DNA of 38,392 nt, taken from positions 1 through 38,392 of the forward strand of contig JBGPKY010000001.1 in the NCBI GenBank assembly GCA_041486205.1, in the 5' to 3' direction. This document shows positions 1-9,177 of this stretch, one piece after another; position 1 is the first letter of the stretch; each line of letters starts with the position of its first letter. A model generated the notes under the pieces. It saw only the letters and a program-made list of their open reading frames with translations, did no database searches and was not told where the DNA came from. The stretch is from Actinomycetota bacterium. GTDB lineage: Bacteria; Actinomycetota; UBA4738; HRBIN12. Both the position numbers and the translations under genes were made by a program.

Positions 1-1098
1 ACCGTGCTCCTCTACGCCCACCACGACGTCCAGCCCGAAGGTCCCGCCGACCAATGGGATTCACCGCCGTTCGAGCCGGTCGTTCGCGACGGGCGGCTGT
101 TCGGTCGCGGTACGGCAGACGACAAGTGTGGTATCGCGATCCACGCCGCCGTGCTGCGCGCCTTCGGCGGCCGCCCTCCGGTCACCGTGAAGGTGATAGT
201 CGAGGGCGAGGAGGAGTCGAGCGCCGAGCATCTCCCGTTCCTCATCGAGGGTCATCGCGATCTGCTCGCGGCCGATGCGGTCGTCGTCGCCGACGGCGGT
301 AATTACCGCAACGGCGTTCCCACGCTGAACGTGACGCTGCGCGGCGTCGTTGACTGCCGGGTTACGGTTCGCGTGCTCGACCTCGCGGTACACAGCGGCT
401 CGTTCGGCGGTCCCATCCCCGATGCCCTGACGTCGCTCGCCCGACTGCTCGCATCGTTGCACGACGAGCGCGGCAACGTCGCGATCCCCGGCCTCGTATC
501 CGCGCCGTGGAACGGATTCGACCAACCCGAAGAGGAGCTGCGAGAGGAGGCGCGAACGCGACCCGGCGTGCAGATGATCGGCGACGGGACCCTCAGCGAG
601 CGCCTGTGGACCAGGCCGGCCGTCTCGGTACTAGGTATCGACGCGCCGCGCGTTCGCGAGGCCTCGAATCAGCTCGTTCCGGTCGCAACGGCGAAGGTCA
701 GCTTGCGCCTCGCCCCCGGCGACGAGCCGGATCACGCGATGGAGGCGCTCGTCGCGCACCTGCAGTCCCACGCCCCTTGGGGCGCAGAGGTGTCGGTCGA
801 ACGCGGCACCGGAGGCAAGGGTTTCGAGGTGAAGACCGGCGGCCCGACCTACGACGCCGCACGCCGGGCGATGGCGGCGGCCTACGGTCGCGACGTCGTC
901 GAGGTTGGAAGCGGCGGGTCGATCCCCCTCGTCAACGTTCTCGCGGGAACCTTCCCCGATGCCGAGATCCTGATCGTCGGCGCATCCGACGAGCTCAGCC
1001 AATATCACTCGGTGAACGAAAGCGTCTCCTTGGCGGAGCTCGAGCGCGCGTGCCTCGCCGAGGCACTGTTGTTCGCAGAGCTCGGCCTTCCCTCGTGA
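1..1098 (+). CDS. M20 family metallopeptidase/dipeptidase (ArgE/DapE-like), 5' end cut by window edge
   Basis: ORF track 4..1098, and the frame stays open back to nt 1. It carries the motif LLYAHHDVQPEG...GRGTADDKCG, typical of M20 metal-binding sites. The N-terminus lies outside the window. Confidence 0.8.
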   Translation, partial: TVLLYAHHDVQPEGPADQWDSPPFEPVVRDGRLFGRGTADDKCGIAIHAAVLRAFGGRPPVTVKVIVEGEEESSAEHLPFLIEGHRDLLAADAVVVADGGNYRNGVPTLNVTLRGVVDCRVTVRVLDLAVHSGSFGGPIPDALTSLARLLASLHDERGNVAIPGLVSAPWNGFDQPEEELREEARTRPGVQMIGDGTLSERLWTRPAVSVLGIDAPRVREASNQLVPVATAKVSLRLAPGDEPDHAMEALVAHLQSHAPWGAEVSVERGTGGKGFEVKTGGPTYDAARRAMAAAYGRDVVEVGSGGSIPLVNVLAGTFPDAEILIVGASDELSQYHSVNESVSLAELERACLAEALLFAELGLPS

Positions 1099-1123
1099 AC
1101 CTTCGCGCTGCTAGCCTTCCGGC

Positions 1124-1612
1124 ATGGACATGAACCCCGCACAAGAAGAGACAGCTCCGGCCGGATCTCTCCAGGCGGAACCGATACCCGTCGAAAGCGG
1201 ACCGCAGGAGGCCATCACCCAGCCTGGCAAGCTCCTGCGGATCGCGAGCATGGTCCGTGAGTTGCTGGAGGAGACCCGCCAGACCTCGATCGACGAGCCG
1301 GGCCGCATACGCATCCGCGAGATCTACGAGCGCTCCCTGGGCGAGCTGCGCGAAGTGCTCTCGCCGGACCTCCAAGAAGAGCTGGAGTCGCTCGCGCCGC
1401 CCATGGAAGGTGTGCCGACCGAGTCCGAGATCCGCGTCGCGCAGGCGCAGCTGGTCGGATGGCTGGAGGGCCTGTTCCACGGCATCCAGGCCGCGATGTT
1501 CGCGCAGCAGGCCGCGGCACGTGCGCAGTTCGAAGAGCTCCGTCGCCGCGGTCTCCCGTCTGGCCTGCCGCAGCAACCGCCCGGCCCCGACGGCCCCGGC
1601 CAGTACCTGTAG
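1124..1612 (+). CDS. bpa: bacterial proteasome activator Bpa/PafE-like
   Basis: 162 aa, helical and acidic, ending in ...GPGQYL. GQYL is the 20S proteasome docking tail of Bpa. ATG 1124 sits 6 nt downstream of the TGC-TAGCCT box at 1109..1117. Confidence 0.75.
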   Translation: MDMNPAQEETAPAGSLQAEPIPVESGPQEAITQPGKLLRIASMVRELLEETRQTSIDEPGRIRIREIYERSLGELREVLSPDLQEELESLAPPMEGVPTESEIRVAQAQLVGWLEGLFHGIQAAMFAQQAAARAQFEELRRRGLPSGLPQQPPGPDGPGQYL

Positions 1613-1614
1613 CG

Positions 1615-2457
1615 CTAGGGCATGTGGCCGGCGCCGCTGGCCGCGATGGAGGCGGTCACGCCCTCTGTCCCTCCCTGCGTCAGCCGCTGGGCGAAGTAGA
1701 CCGGGATCAGCGAGGCGAACATCAGCACGAGCGCGACGACGTTCACCACGGGCTGCTGATGCGGGGTCCGGATGTTGTTGAAGATCCAGATCGGCAACGT
1801 GAGCTTCGGGCCGGCGGTGAAGTTCGTGACGACGATCTCGTCGAACGATAGGCCGAACGCGAGGAGCGCACCGGCAACGAGGGCCGTCTTGATGGCCGGC
1901 ATCGTCACGAAGCGGAACGTCTGCCATCCGTCCGCGCCGAGGTCCATCGACGCCTCCACCAGAGAGGTCGGCGTCCGGCGAAGGCGCGCGATCACGTTGT
2001 TGAACACGACGACGATGCAGAACGTCGCGTGGCCGATGATGATCGTCCAGATCGAGAAGGTGAGCCCGAACAGGCTGTGCCCGAAGTTGATGGCCGAGGA
2101 CAGCGCGATGGCCGTCACGATGCCGGGCAGCGCGATCGGGAGCACCAGCGCGAAGGAGATGGCTTCCCGGCCGAAGAAGCGGAAGCGATGGACCGCGAAC
2201 GCCGCCAGCGAACCGAGGATCAGCGCCACGAGCGTCGCCCCGATGGCCGCCTGCACGGAACCGGCCAGAGCCGGTCGCAGGTCTGGGTCGTGCCACGCTG
2301 CTGAGAACCACCTGGTGGTCCACAGGTCGGGCGGCCACCGTCGCGTGATGCCCTTGTTGAAGGCATACAACGCGAGGATCACGAGAGGCGCGTACAGGAA
2401 GACGAGTGCGATCACCGTTCCCGCCTTGATGACCAGCCGCACGATCCGCGATTCCAC
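1615..2457 (-). CDS. ABC importer permease, PotC/PotI-like
   Basis: 280 aa polytopic protein with the EAA loop EASMDLGADGWQTFRFVTMP. It starts 9 nt downstream of the preceding permease gene. Confidence 0.85.
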   Translation of the reverse strand: MESRIVRLVIKAGTVIALVFLYAPLVILALYAFNKGITRRWPPDLWTTRWFSAAWHDPDLRPALAGSVQAAIGATLVALILGSLAAFAVHRFRFFGREAISFALVLPIALPGIVTAIALSSAINFGHSLFGLTFSIWTIIIGHATFCIVVVFNNVIARLRRTPTSLVEASMDLGADGWQTFRFVTMPAIKTALVAGALLAFGLSFDEIVVTNFTAGPKLTLPIWIFNNIRTPHQQPVVNVVALVLMFASLIPVYFAQRLTQGGTEGVTASIAASGAGHMP

Positions 2458-2466
2458 CCGATCCTC

Positions 2467-3372
2467 CTACAACGCCTCGAAGGCGCCCAGCCTGCGGGCG
2501 ATCGTGAGGTAGATCGCCATCACGGCTACGGGGACGACCGCGAACGCCGCCGCGAGCGGTAGGTTGCTCGCCAGTCCCACGAGGTTGTAGATCGCGTTCC
2601 CGATGAAGAACGCCTTGCCCACGTAGATCGGCGTGATGTAGTCGCCGAGCGTCAACGAGAAAGTGAAGATGGACGCAGCGACGAGGCCCGGAAGGATCAT
2701 CGGAACGATCACGCGCCGGAACGTCATCCACCCCCGGGCTCCAAGATCGCTCGATGCCTCGAGCAGCGACCCCGGCACGCGTTCGAACGCAGCGAAGATG
2801 GGCAAGATCGCGAACGGCAGCCACAGATAGCAGAAGGTGAGCCAGACCGCCCAGTTGCTGGCGAAGAGGCTCTTATGCACCCCGAAGACCCTCAACAGGT
2901 CCTCGAGCACGCCGCCGCCAGCGGTCAGGATCTTCCAAGAGAACATCCGCACCAGGTAGTTGGACCAGAGCGGCATGACGACGGCGAGCGTCAGCAGTCC
3001 GCGAACACGCACCGAGGCGACCCGCGCCATGTAGTACGAGATCGGGAAGGCAAGCACCAGATCGGTCACGGTTACTGCCGCCGCCATACCGATCGTCCTA
3101 AGGACGATCGTCCGGTACACGCTTCCCCGGGCCAGGGTCTCGTAGTTCCCGATCCCCCAAACCTTCTCCACCTGCGACGTCAGGACGTTCAGCCGCCAGA
3201 ACGAGGTCAGCAGCAGCAGCGAAAGGGACGCCAGGTAGATGACCACGAGCCACCCGAGCGGCGGTGCGATCATAAGAGCTAGTTTCGCCTTCGGATGCCG
3301 GAAGAGGGCAGCCGATACTCGGCGGACGGGTCCGGAGTCCCTGGCGGCGGGCGATGTGCTCGTGGAGGCCAT
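2467..3372 (-). CDS. ABC importer permease, PotB/PotH-like
   Basis: 301 aa polytopic protein with the EAA loop EASSDLGARGWMTFRRVIVP. Confidence 0.85.
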   Translation of the reverse strand: MASTSTSPAARDSGPVRRVSAALFRHPKAKLALMIAPPLGWLVVIYLASLSLLLLTSFWRLNVLTSQVEKVWGIGNYETLARGSVYRTIVLRTIGMAAAVTVTDLVLAFPISYYMARVASVRVRGLLTLAVVMPLWSNYLVRMFSWKILTAGGGVLEDLLRVFGVHKSLFASNWAVWLTFCYLWLPFAILPIFAAFERVPGSLLEASSDLGARGWMTFRRVIVPMILPGLVAASIFTFSLTLGDYITPIYVGKAFFIGNAIYNLVGLASNLPLAAAFAVVPVAVMAIYLTIARRLGAFEAL

Positions 3373-3387
3373 CGGCGGCTCGATGGT

Positions 3388-3411
3388 GGGGACCCGGTCG
3401 CCCGGGTCCCC
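3388..3411 (-). promoter_or_regulatory. intercistronic stem-loop between the binding-protein gene and the permease genes
   Basis: Perfect 10-bp stem GGGGACCCGG/CCGGGTCCCC. The 4-nt loop reads GCGA (GNRA-type) in the sense (minus) RNA. There is no U tract. It sits in the 60-nt gap 3373..3432. Confidence 0.5.
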
Positions 3412-3432
3412 ACGCTCATGCGTATCGGTTCC

Positions 3433-4620
3433 TCAGGCGCCTCGGATCGCGGTCCAGGCGTTCGTCCACTCGGAGTAGTCGACGCACGTAGACCCCCGGC
3501 TGTCACCGCAGTTCGGCAAGGGCGTCTTCCACAGGTAGACCTTCGAGAGGAACGCATCGTCGCCGCAGTGATATAGCGGGTAGTCCGCGCCAAGGTCCTT
3601 CTGCAGCTGTGGGCACGCCGTGGTGACCGAGGGCGTCGCGCCGAAGATGTACGCGGTGCCCGCCTGGACGCTGTCCCGCAGCGTGTACTCCATCCACTTC
3701 ATCATGCAGATGGGGTGCTGCGCGTGCGACGACATCATCCACGTGTCCGCCCAGCCCGTGACGCCTTCGGACGGAACGACCCCGGCGACCGGCACCTTGG
3801 CATCTGCTTGGATGAGGTTCTGGTTAACCGGCCACGCGGTGCCGGCAACCATGTCGCCTGACTCGAACCCGTCGATCTCGTCCGTGTAGAGCGCCCAGTA
3901 CTTGCTGATCATGCCCGACTGCTGCTTAAGCAGGTTGACCGCAGCGTCGAACTGCGGCTGCGTCAGCTCGTACGGGTCGGTGATGTTCAGATCGGGCTGG
4001 TGGGTCTTCAGGTACATCGCCGCGTCTGCGATGTAGATCGGGCTGTCGTAGGCGGTCAGCTTGCCCGCGTACGGCGAGTCGGGCTCGAAGACGATGTCCC
4101 AGCTCGTCGGGGCCGGCTTCACGATGTCGGTGTTGAACATGAGGATGTTCGGGCCCCACTCGTAAGGGACGCCGTAGTGCACGCCGTCGACCGTGTTGTG
4201 CGCAGGCGCCTGAAGCGAGGGCATCACGTTCACGTACTCGGGGAACGAATTCACGTCCACCGCGGCAACGTCACCGTTCGCGATCAGGCGGTTCGTCGCG
4301 TCACCGGAGGCAGAGACGCCGTCGTAGAGCGTTCCTCCCTGCTGGCGCATCAGGTTGACCATCTCGTCGGACGTGTTGCCGTCCTTCACGGTGACGTTGC
4401 AACCAGTCTCGGCCGTGAAGGCCTCCTTCATCTTCTTCTGCACGTAATACGGCCAGTCGATGAGGTTGAGCTGTCCCTCTCCCTGTGCGTTCGGGTCGTA
4501 CTTGTAGACCTTCGGACTGCTCCCGCCTGTTCCGCCGCCTCCACCGTTGTTCTTGGCGCAGGCAGACGCGACCAATGCCAGCACGGCGAACAGGATCGCC
4601 GCCTTCCTCGCTCTCTTCAT
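3433..4620 (-). CDS. polyamine-type ABC substrate-binding lipoprotein (PotD/PotF-like)
   Basis: The start is taken at the internal Met ([21 protein letters not shown]...), which gives a signal peptide with a lipobox Cys. The RBS GGAGGGGGAAGC lies just upstream, and the ATG overlaps the ATPase stop as ATGA at 4617..4620. The longer track ORF up to 4860 overlaps the ATPase gene. Confidence 0.8.
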   Translation of the reverse strand: MKRARKAAILFAVLALVASACAKNNGGGGGTGGSSPKVYKYDPNAQGEGQLNLIDWPYYVQKKMKEAFTAETGCNVTVKDGNTSDEMVNLMRQQGGTLYDGVSASGDATNRLIANGDVAAVDVNSFPEYVNVMPSLQAPAHNTVDGVHYGVPYEWGPNILMFNTDIVKPAPTSWDIVFEPDSPYAGKLTAYDSPIYIADAAMYLKTHQPDLNITDPYELTQPQFDAAVNLLKQQSGMISKYWALYTDEIDGFESGDMVAGTAWPVNQNLIQADAKVPVAGVVPSEGVTGWADTWMMSSHAQHPICMMKWMEYTLRDSVQAGTAYIFGATPSVTTACPQLQKDLGADYPLYHCGDDAFLSKVYLWKTPLPNCGDSRGSTCVDYSEWTNAWTAIRGA

Positions 4621-5741
4621 GCTTCCCCCTCCCCAGGATCGACCAACCCCACGGATCCACCGGCCGATTCGACCGGACGGTTGTTCTGTCCGTCCCAGGC
4701 GAGCCGGACGGCTCGGCCTCTGACCTTGAGCGCCTCCATGGACGATGTGGTGAGGTTCTGCTGGAACACCACCAACTCGCCGCCAACATCCAGGGAAACG
4801 ATGTACTTCGTGAGCGCACCAAGGTATACGACCTCGGACACGTGTCCGGTTGCGGTGCACTCGTTCGATGTGACTTGATGGTCCATGTCGACCAAGTGGA
4901 TCTTCTCCGGGCGAACGGTGATCGCGCGGGGAACGCCAGTGATCACCTTCGCCGCGGCGCCTTCCAGCACGTTCGACGTTCCGACGAAACCCGCCACGAA
5001 CCCGGTCGCCGGGCGTTCGTAGACCTCGGCCGGCGTCCCGACCTGCTCGACCCTGCCCTGGCTGAACACGGCCAGTCGGTCACTCATCGTGAGGGCTTCC
5101 TCCTGGTCGTGCGTCACGTAGATGAAGGTAAGCCCGACCTGCTGCTGGATCTGCTTCAGTTCGATCTGCATCGCTTGGCGGAGCTTCAGGTCGAGCGCGC
5201 CGAGCGGCTCGTCGAGCAGCAAGACCTTCGGCCGGTTGACCAGCGCGCGCGCCAGCGCCACGCGCTGACGCTGCCCGCCGGAGAGCTGCCCCGGCTTGCG
5301 TCCGCCGAACCCCTCGAGCCGAACCATCCGCAGCGCGTCCGCGGTACGGGCCAGCCGTTCGTCTTTCGGGGCCTTCTTCACCCGGAGGCCGTACTCGACG
5401 TTGTCCTCCACAGTCATGTGCGGGAACAACGCGTAGTCCTGGAAGACGGTGTTGACGTCACGCTCGTACGGTGCGAGACCCGTCACGTCCTTGCCTCCGA
5501 GCAACACCCGGCCCTTCGTCGGCGCCTCGAACCCCGCGATCATCCGAAGGCACGTCGTCTTGCCTGAGCCGGAGGGCCCCAGCATCGAGAAGAACTCTCC
5601 TTCTCGGACGTCGAGGTCGATGCCGTTGACGGCGACCACGTCACCGAAGCGCTTGTGGACTCCCTCGAGGCTAACGGCGGTCCCTGCCCCAGCTGGGGCT
5701 TGCGCTTCATCCACCTGGGCTTGCGACTGCGACAAGGACAT
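4617..5741 (-). CDS. ABC importer ATPase, PotA-like
   Basis: Walker A GPSGSGKT, signature [15 protein letters not shown], Walker B LLLDEP, and a C-terminal TOBE-like tail. Confidence 0.9.
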   Translation of the reverse strand: MSLSQSQAQVDEAQAPAGAGTAVSLEGVHKRFGDVVAVNGIDLDVREGEFFSMLGPSGSGKTTCLRMIAGFEAPTKGRVLLGGKDVTGLAPYERDVNTVFQDYALFPHMTVEDNVEYGLRVKKAPKDERLARTADALRMVRLEGFGGRKPGQLSGGQRQRVALARALVNRPKVLLLDEPLGALDLKLRQAMQIELKQIQQQVGLTFIYVTHDQEEALTMSDRLAVFSQGRVEQVGTPAEVYERPATGFVAGFVGTSNVLEGAAAKVITGVPRAITVRPEKIHLVDMDHQVTSNECTATGHVSEVVYLGALTKYIVSLDVGGELVVFQQNLTTSSMEALKVRGRAVRLAWDGQNNRPVESAGGSVGLVDPGEGEA

Positions 5742-5825
5742 GCTCCGGGTTCGATCGAACGTGGGTCATCTTGACCGGGAACGGGAGCCGCGGCAAGAGA
5801 CCTGGAAACGGCACCCCGCCGCCCA

Positions 5826-6833
5826 TCAGGACGCGCCCACCAGTTCGGCGAGGGCCACACCCCGTCCGCGGAGGGACGCCGCCAGCCCCCGCGTGATGTC
5901 GCCGACGATCCGGGGACCCTCGTAGACGAGCCCGGTGTAGACCTGCACCGTCGTCGCGCCCGCTTCGATGCAGGCGATGACATCGGCGGCCGTGGAGATC
6001 CCGCCGGAGGCGTTGATGGGAAGTGAACCCTCGGTCGCGCGGCGTACCTCTCGGACGATCTCGAGGGTCCGAGCGAACAGCGGCCTCCCGGAGAGGCCGC
6101 CCCGTCCGCGAGCGAGCCGCGGTTCCTCGACCGGAAGGGTGTTCGAGCACGTGAGGCCGGCCGCGCCGAGCTGTTTCGCCGCGACCGCCATGGCGATCAC
6201 GTTCTCCCGCTCGGCGTCGGTCTCGAACCGCGGCAGCTTCAGGAAGATCGGCTTGTGGGTTCGGGGGACCATCTCCCGGAGCAGCTCGGCGACGTGAGAT
6301 CCCTCATGGCTCCACATCGCGTTGGGGGAACTCGCGTTCAGCTCGAACCCGTCGACGAGCGGCTCGAGCGTCACGAGCACCGCCAGGGCGTCCCCCGTCG
6401 CCTCGTCCGCGAGCGAAACGATCCGGGGAGCCGATCTCATGGTTCGTCGCAGCTTCCTCGCGACCGTCTCCAACCCGGGATTGGGGAGGCCCATGGCGTT
6501 CACCATCGAGCGGGTCGGCGGATCGCGGACTATCCGGGGCTTCGCATGCCCACGCCTCGGCTCGCGGGTCACGGTGCCGCCGACGAGGTATCCGAAGCCG
6601 AGCCGTCCTAGGGCGTCTAGGTGGGCGCAAGCCTTGTCGAACCCCGCGGCCAGACCGACGGGGTTGTCGAGCTCGATGCCCCCGAGCGTGACCCGGAGGC
6701 GCGGGTCCCGTTCGGCCGCGCCCATCCGCGCCCATGGGAGCGGCAGACCGAGCAATCGTTGCGCGAGGGAGTGGGCACCCTCGGGGGGAAGCGCGAAGAA
6801 CAGGGGTTTCGCGACCGCCCGGTAGAGGCCCAT
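5826..6833 (-). CDS. pyrD: dihydroorotate dehydrogenase (class 2-like)
   Basis: 335 aa with DHODH-like blocks (GLAAGFDK, NASSPN, GGISTAADV). ATG at 6833. Confidence 0.85.
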   Translation of the reverse strand: MGLYRAVAKPLFFALPPEGAHSLAQRLLGLPLPWARMGAAERDPRLRVTLGGIELDNPVGLAAGFDKACAHLDALGRLGFGYLVGGTVTREPRRGHAKPRIVRDPPTRSMVNAMGLPNPGLETVARKLRRTMRSAPRIVSLADEATGDALAVLVTLEPLVDGFELNASSPNAMWSHEGSHVAELLREMVPRTHKPIFLKLPRFETDAERENVIAMAVAAKQLGAAGLTCSNTLPVEEPRLARGRGGLSGRPLFARTLEIVREVRRATEGSLPINASGGISTAADVIACIEAGATTVQVYTGLVYEGPRIVGDITRGLAASLRGRGVALAELVGAS

Positions 6834-6841
6834 CGACGCCC

Positions 6842-6848
6842 TATGCTA
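6842..6848. promoter_or_regulatory. putative shared bidirectional -10 region for pyrD and pyrE
   Basis: The plus strand reads TATGCT (6842..6847), 7 nt before pyrE ATG 6855. The minus strand reads TAGCAT (6848..6843), 9 nt before pyrD ATG 6833. The whole pyrD-pyrE gap is only 9-21 bp. Confidence 0.4.
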
Positions 6849-6854
6849 CCCGCG

Positions 6855-7361
6855 ATGGAAGGCGACCTCGCGCAGCGGCTCCTTGCGGCCTCCGAGCTCC
6901 GCGGCGACTTCGTGCTTTCGAGCGGCCAGCGCTCCAACGTCTACTTCGACAAGTTCCGGTTCCTGACGGATCCGCCGCTGCTCCGCGAGCTGGCGCAGGC
7001 CGTCGCGAAGCTCCTCCCCGACGGCATCACGCACCTCGGAGCTCCGGAGGGGGCCGCCACGTTGCTGGTCGCTGCCGTCGCGCTGGAAACCCATCTGCCG
7101 GTCGCCGTCGTTCGCAAGGAGCCGAAGGCGTACGGCACGATGTCGCAGGTGGAGGGCCACGCGCCGCTCGGCGCCCAGTTCGCGCTCATCGAGGACGTCT
7201 CGACCACCGGTCACCAGGTCCTCAGGGCCGCCAAGGTCCTCGAGGCCGAAGGCTGCACGGTGGGGATCATCATCTTGGCGATCGACCGCGGTGGCGCCGA
7301 GCACTTGAAGGAAGCCGGGTACTGGGTGAAGTCGGTCGTCGAGGTCGAAGCGGCCGACTGA
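6855..7361 (+). CDS. pyrE: orotate phosphoribosyltransferase
   Basis: Carries the PRPP motif ALIEDVSTTGHQV and the N-terminal LSSGQRSNVYFD block. The start is taken at ATG 6855, with ATG 6843 as an alternative. The track ORF from 6621 overlaps pyrD. Confidence 0.85.
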   Translation: MEGDLAQRLLAASELRGDFVLSSGQRSNVYFDKFRFLTDPPLLRELAQAVAKLLPDGITHLGAPEGAATLLVAAVALETHLPVAVVRKEPKAYGTMSQVEGHAPLGAQFALIEDVSTTGHQVLRAAKVLEAEGCTVGIIILAIDRGGAEHLKEAGYWVKSVVEVEAAD

Positions 7362-7364
7362 GCT

Positions 7365-8138
7365 TCAGGCCGGCGGCATCTCGCAGCGCCAGATCTGCAG
7401 CCTCCAGAGCAAGCGACTGCCGCGGTGCTGGAGATCGAGGATGCCGGCCCTCATCATCTGGGCCACTTCCTTAGATCTCGCCACGACCTCCGGGAGCGGG
7501 AACTCGCGCGACAGCAGCGACTGGAGGTTCGCTTGGCCGAAGATGCGCCGAGCCACCTCGAGGATCTTGCTCTCAGCCTGGATCGTCCCGGTCGGGAGGT
7601 ACAGCCGGCCCCCTGGTGCCAGGCAGTCGTTCTCCTTGAGGCTCTCGAGCATCGCGGCCGGCAACTCGGCACCTGTGGGGCCGCCGGCGTTCCCGTCGGG
7701 GAACCAGCCGGCGAGCCTACCGATCTCGTCGGGGATCCCCGAGACGTCGCCGATGATGACGTTCGCCTTCTCCCCGCGGACGGGGTCGAGGAGGTTCCCA
7801 ACCCGGAACTCCACGGTGTCCTGAAGACCTAGCCGGATCGCGTTCTCACGGGCCACCTCGACGGCCTCGGCCGACAGGTCGGAGCCGATCACGCGGCCGG
7901 CACCGAGTCTTGCCGCAACGAAGGAGAGCACGCCGCTGCCGCACCCTACGTCGATGACGGTGTCGCCGGGCTCGATCTCCAGAGCCTCCGCGAGCGTGCG
8001 ACTGGTGTGGGTCGGGTGGAAAACGCCTTCACCGAGCGAAACCGTGAACGGTCCGGTGCGGCCCTTCCATTCGAGTTCGTTAGTGGTCGAGCTGGACATC
8101 TGCTCGCCATGGTGCGCAGGTCGGATGGGAACAGTCAA
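7365..8138 (-). CDS. class I SAM-dependent methyltransferase (small-domain, PrmA/HemK-like)
   Basis: SAM motif VIDVGCGSGVLS. GDVSGIP sits where HemK-type enzymes have NPPY. The start is uncertain: TTG 8138, 6 nt after the DUF309 stop, or ATG 8099. Confidence 0.7.
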   Translation of the reverse strand: MTVPIRPAHHGEQMSSSTTNELEWKGRTGPFTVSLGEGVFHPTHTSRTLAEALEIEPGDTVIDVGCGSGVLSFVAARLGAGRVIGSDLSAEAVEVARENAIRLGLQDTVEFRVGNLLDPVRGEKANVIIGDVSGIPDEIGRLAGWFPDGNAGGPTGAELPAAMLESLKENDCLAPGGRLYLPTGTIQAESKILEVARRIFGQANLQSLLSREFPLPEVVARSKEVAQMMRAGILDLQHRGSRLLWRLQIWRCEMPPA

Positions 8139-8144
8139 CCACGC

Positions 8145-8636
8145 TCACACCCGTGGGGCTTCGTGGGTGGCCGACTCGCCGGGCTCGAGGTGTCCTGCTT
8201 CGACCGCCGCTGCGTCGGCCTCGGCCGCCGCGGCGACGGCCTTCGTGTCCACTCCCAGATGCCCCGAAGGGTAACGGCCCACCCGGCTCGCGGCGCGCCG
8301 GAGCAGCGTGAGTGCTCCGTGCGGGTTGCCCCGTAGTAGATGTACGTACCCGGCCCCGAGCTGCGAGAGCCCTTTGAAGAACTCCGCGTCCGACGTGTCC
8401 CGAGCCTGCTTCCAGGCGGTCTCCCAGGCCTCGTGCGCCGGGAAGAACCTTCCCGCGTTGAAGTGCTCCCGGCCCAGCCGGTGGTTCTCCTCCAGGCTCA
8501 GTCGGTCGTAATCCTCGAGCTGGAGCGCGTTGTCCGCGTCCCACGGCTGCGGGCGGCCGAGCTCATCGCGCGGACGTTGCGGCTTGTTGCGGGTCGGCGT
8601 TGGCCTTCCGCTCTTACCTTCGGCTTCCTTCGGCAT
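8145..8636 (-). CDS. DUF309 domain protein
   Basis: FNAGRFFPAHEAWETAWK...FKGLSQLGAGYVHLLRGNPHGA matches the DUF309 pattern as I recall it. Confidence 0.6.
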   Translation of the reverse strand: MPKEAEGKSGRPTPTRNKPQRPRDELGRPQPWDADNALQLEDYDRLSLEENHRLGREHFNAGRFFPAHEAWETAWKQARDTSDAEFFKGLSQLGAGYVHLLRGNPHGALTLLRRAASRVGRYPSGHLGVDTKAVAAAAEADAAAVEAGHLEPGESATHEAPRV

Positions 8637-8664
8637 AGGGCTATCGTAGGCGGCCTGCCGCTGT

Positions 8665-9177
8665 TCAATGCTTCTTGAACTGCCGTACGTGCTTGTGACT
8701 CCTCAAGACCGGCGTCGACATCGGCACGATGCTGATGCTTCCGTCGGTCTCGAGCACCGCCATCTGCACCTCGGCGATCGATCGGATGCCGTGCTCTCGC
8801 GCGGCCATCTCCACATCGGCCCGGTCGAGCTCCTCCTTACGCAAGGCGGAAGCCAGGACCTTCCCGTCCTTCACCAAGAGCGTGGGCTTGCCCTCGATCA
8901 ACCGTCCCCACAAGCCTCGATGCAATCGAAGCGTCGCGACGACCCGGTTCGCCGCCAGGAGGACGAACGCCGCGAGGATCCCGCCTTGGACCGAGAAGTC
9001 GGCGCCGACCATAGCGTTCTGGACGGCGTTCGCTATGAGAAGGACGACCACGAGATCGAACACCGTCATCTGGCCTAGCTCGCGTTTGCCCATCAGGCGA
9101 AGGCCGAGGAACACCGCCACGTAGACGAGCAGCGAACGCACGGCGATGTTCCAGAGCGGCGTTCCGAGATCGAACAC
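8665..9177 (-). CDS. DUF421/YetF-like membrane protein
   Basis: N-terminal TM segments with LRLMGKRELGQMTVFDLVVVLLIANAVQN. The GTG start directly abuts the stop of the upstream transporter gene. Confidence 0.7.
   Translation of the reverse strand: MFDLGTPLWNIAVRSLLVYVAVFLGLRLMGKRELGQMTVFDLVVVLLIANAVQNAMVGADFSVQGGILAAFVLLAANRVVATLRLHRGLWGRLIEGKPTLLVKDGKVLASALRKEELDRADVEMAAREHGIRSIAEVQMAVLETDGSISIVPMSTPVLRSHKHVRQFKKH

Noticed and set aside
995-2824. Very long alternative-frame or antisense ORFs. Examples are 995..2824 (609 aa), 8837..10222 (461 aa), 15168..16526 (452 aa), 15769..17490 (573 aa), 24460..26046 (528 aa), 27385..28437 (350 aa) and 36189..36947 (252 aa).
   Set aside because: Their translations are Arg/Pro/Gly/Ala-rich and low in complexity, with no recognisable motifs. 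Each lies opposite or out of frame to a gene with clear family signatures. These are typical shadow ORFs of GC-rich DNA.
3433-4860. N-terminal extensions of track ORFs. The cases are SBP to 4860, AI-2E to 10731, pyrE from 6621, udgB to 18806, DrrA-like from 18426, ABM to 26608, Zn-ribbon to 30112, GT2 to 34301, MarR to 14594 and VIT2 to 35882.
   Set aside because: The extensions overlap neighbouring well-supported genes and have junk-like composition. Internal starts with an RBS, a 4-nt coupling overlap, a leaderless -10 box or a signal peptide give products of normal family length.
5749-5760. 12-bp perfect palindrome GTTCGATCGAAC just upstream of the PotA-like start, considered as an operator.
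   Set aside because: It has the same chance-expectation problem (6-bp arms). There is no second copy and no known regulator nearby.
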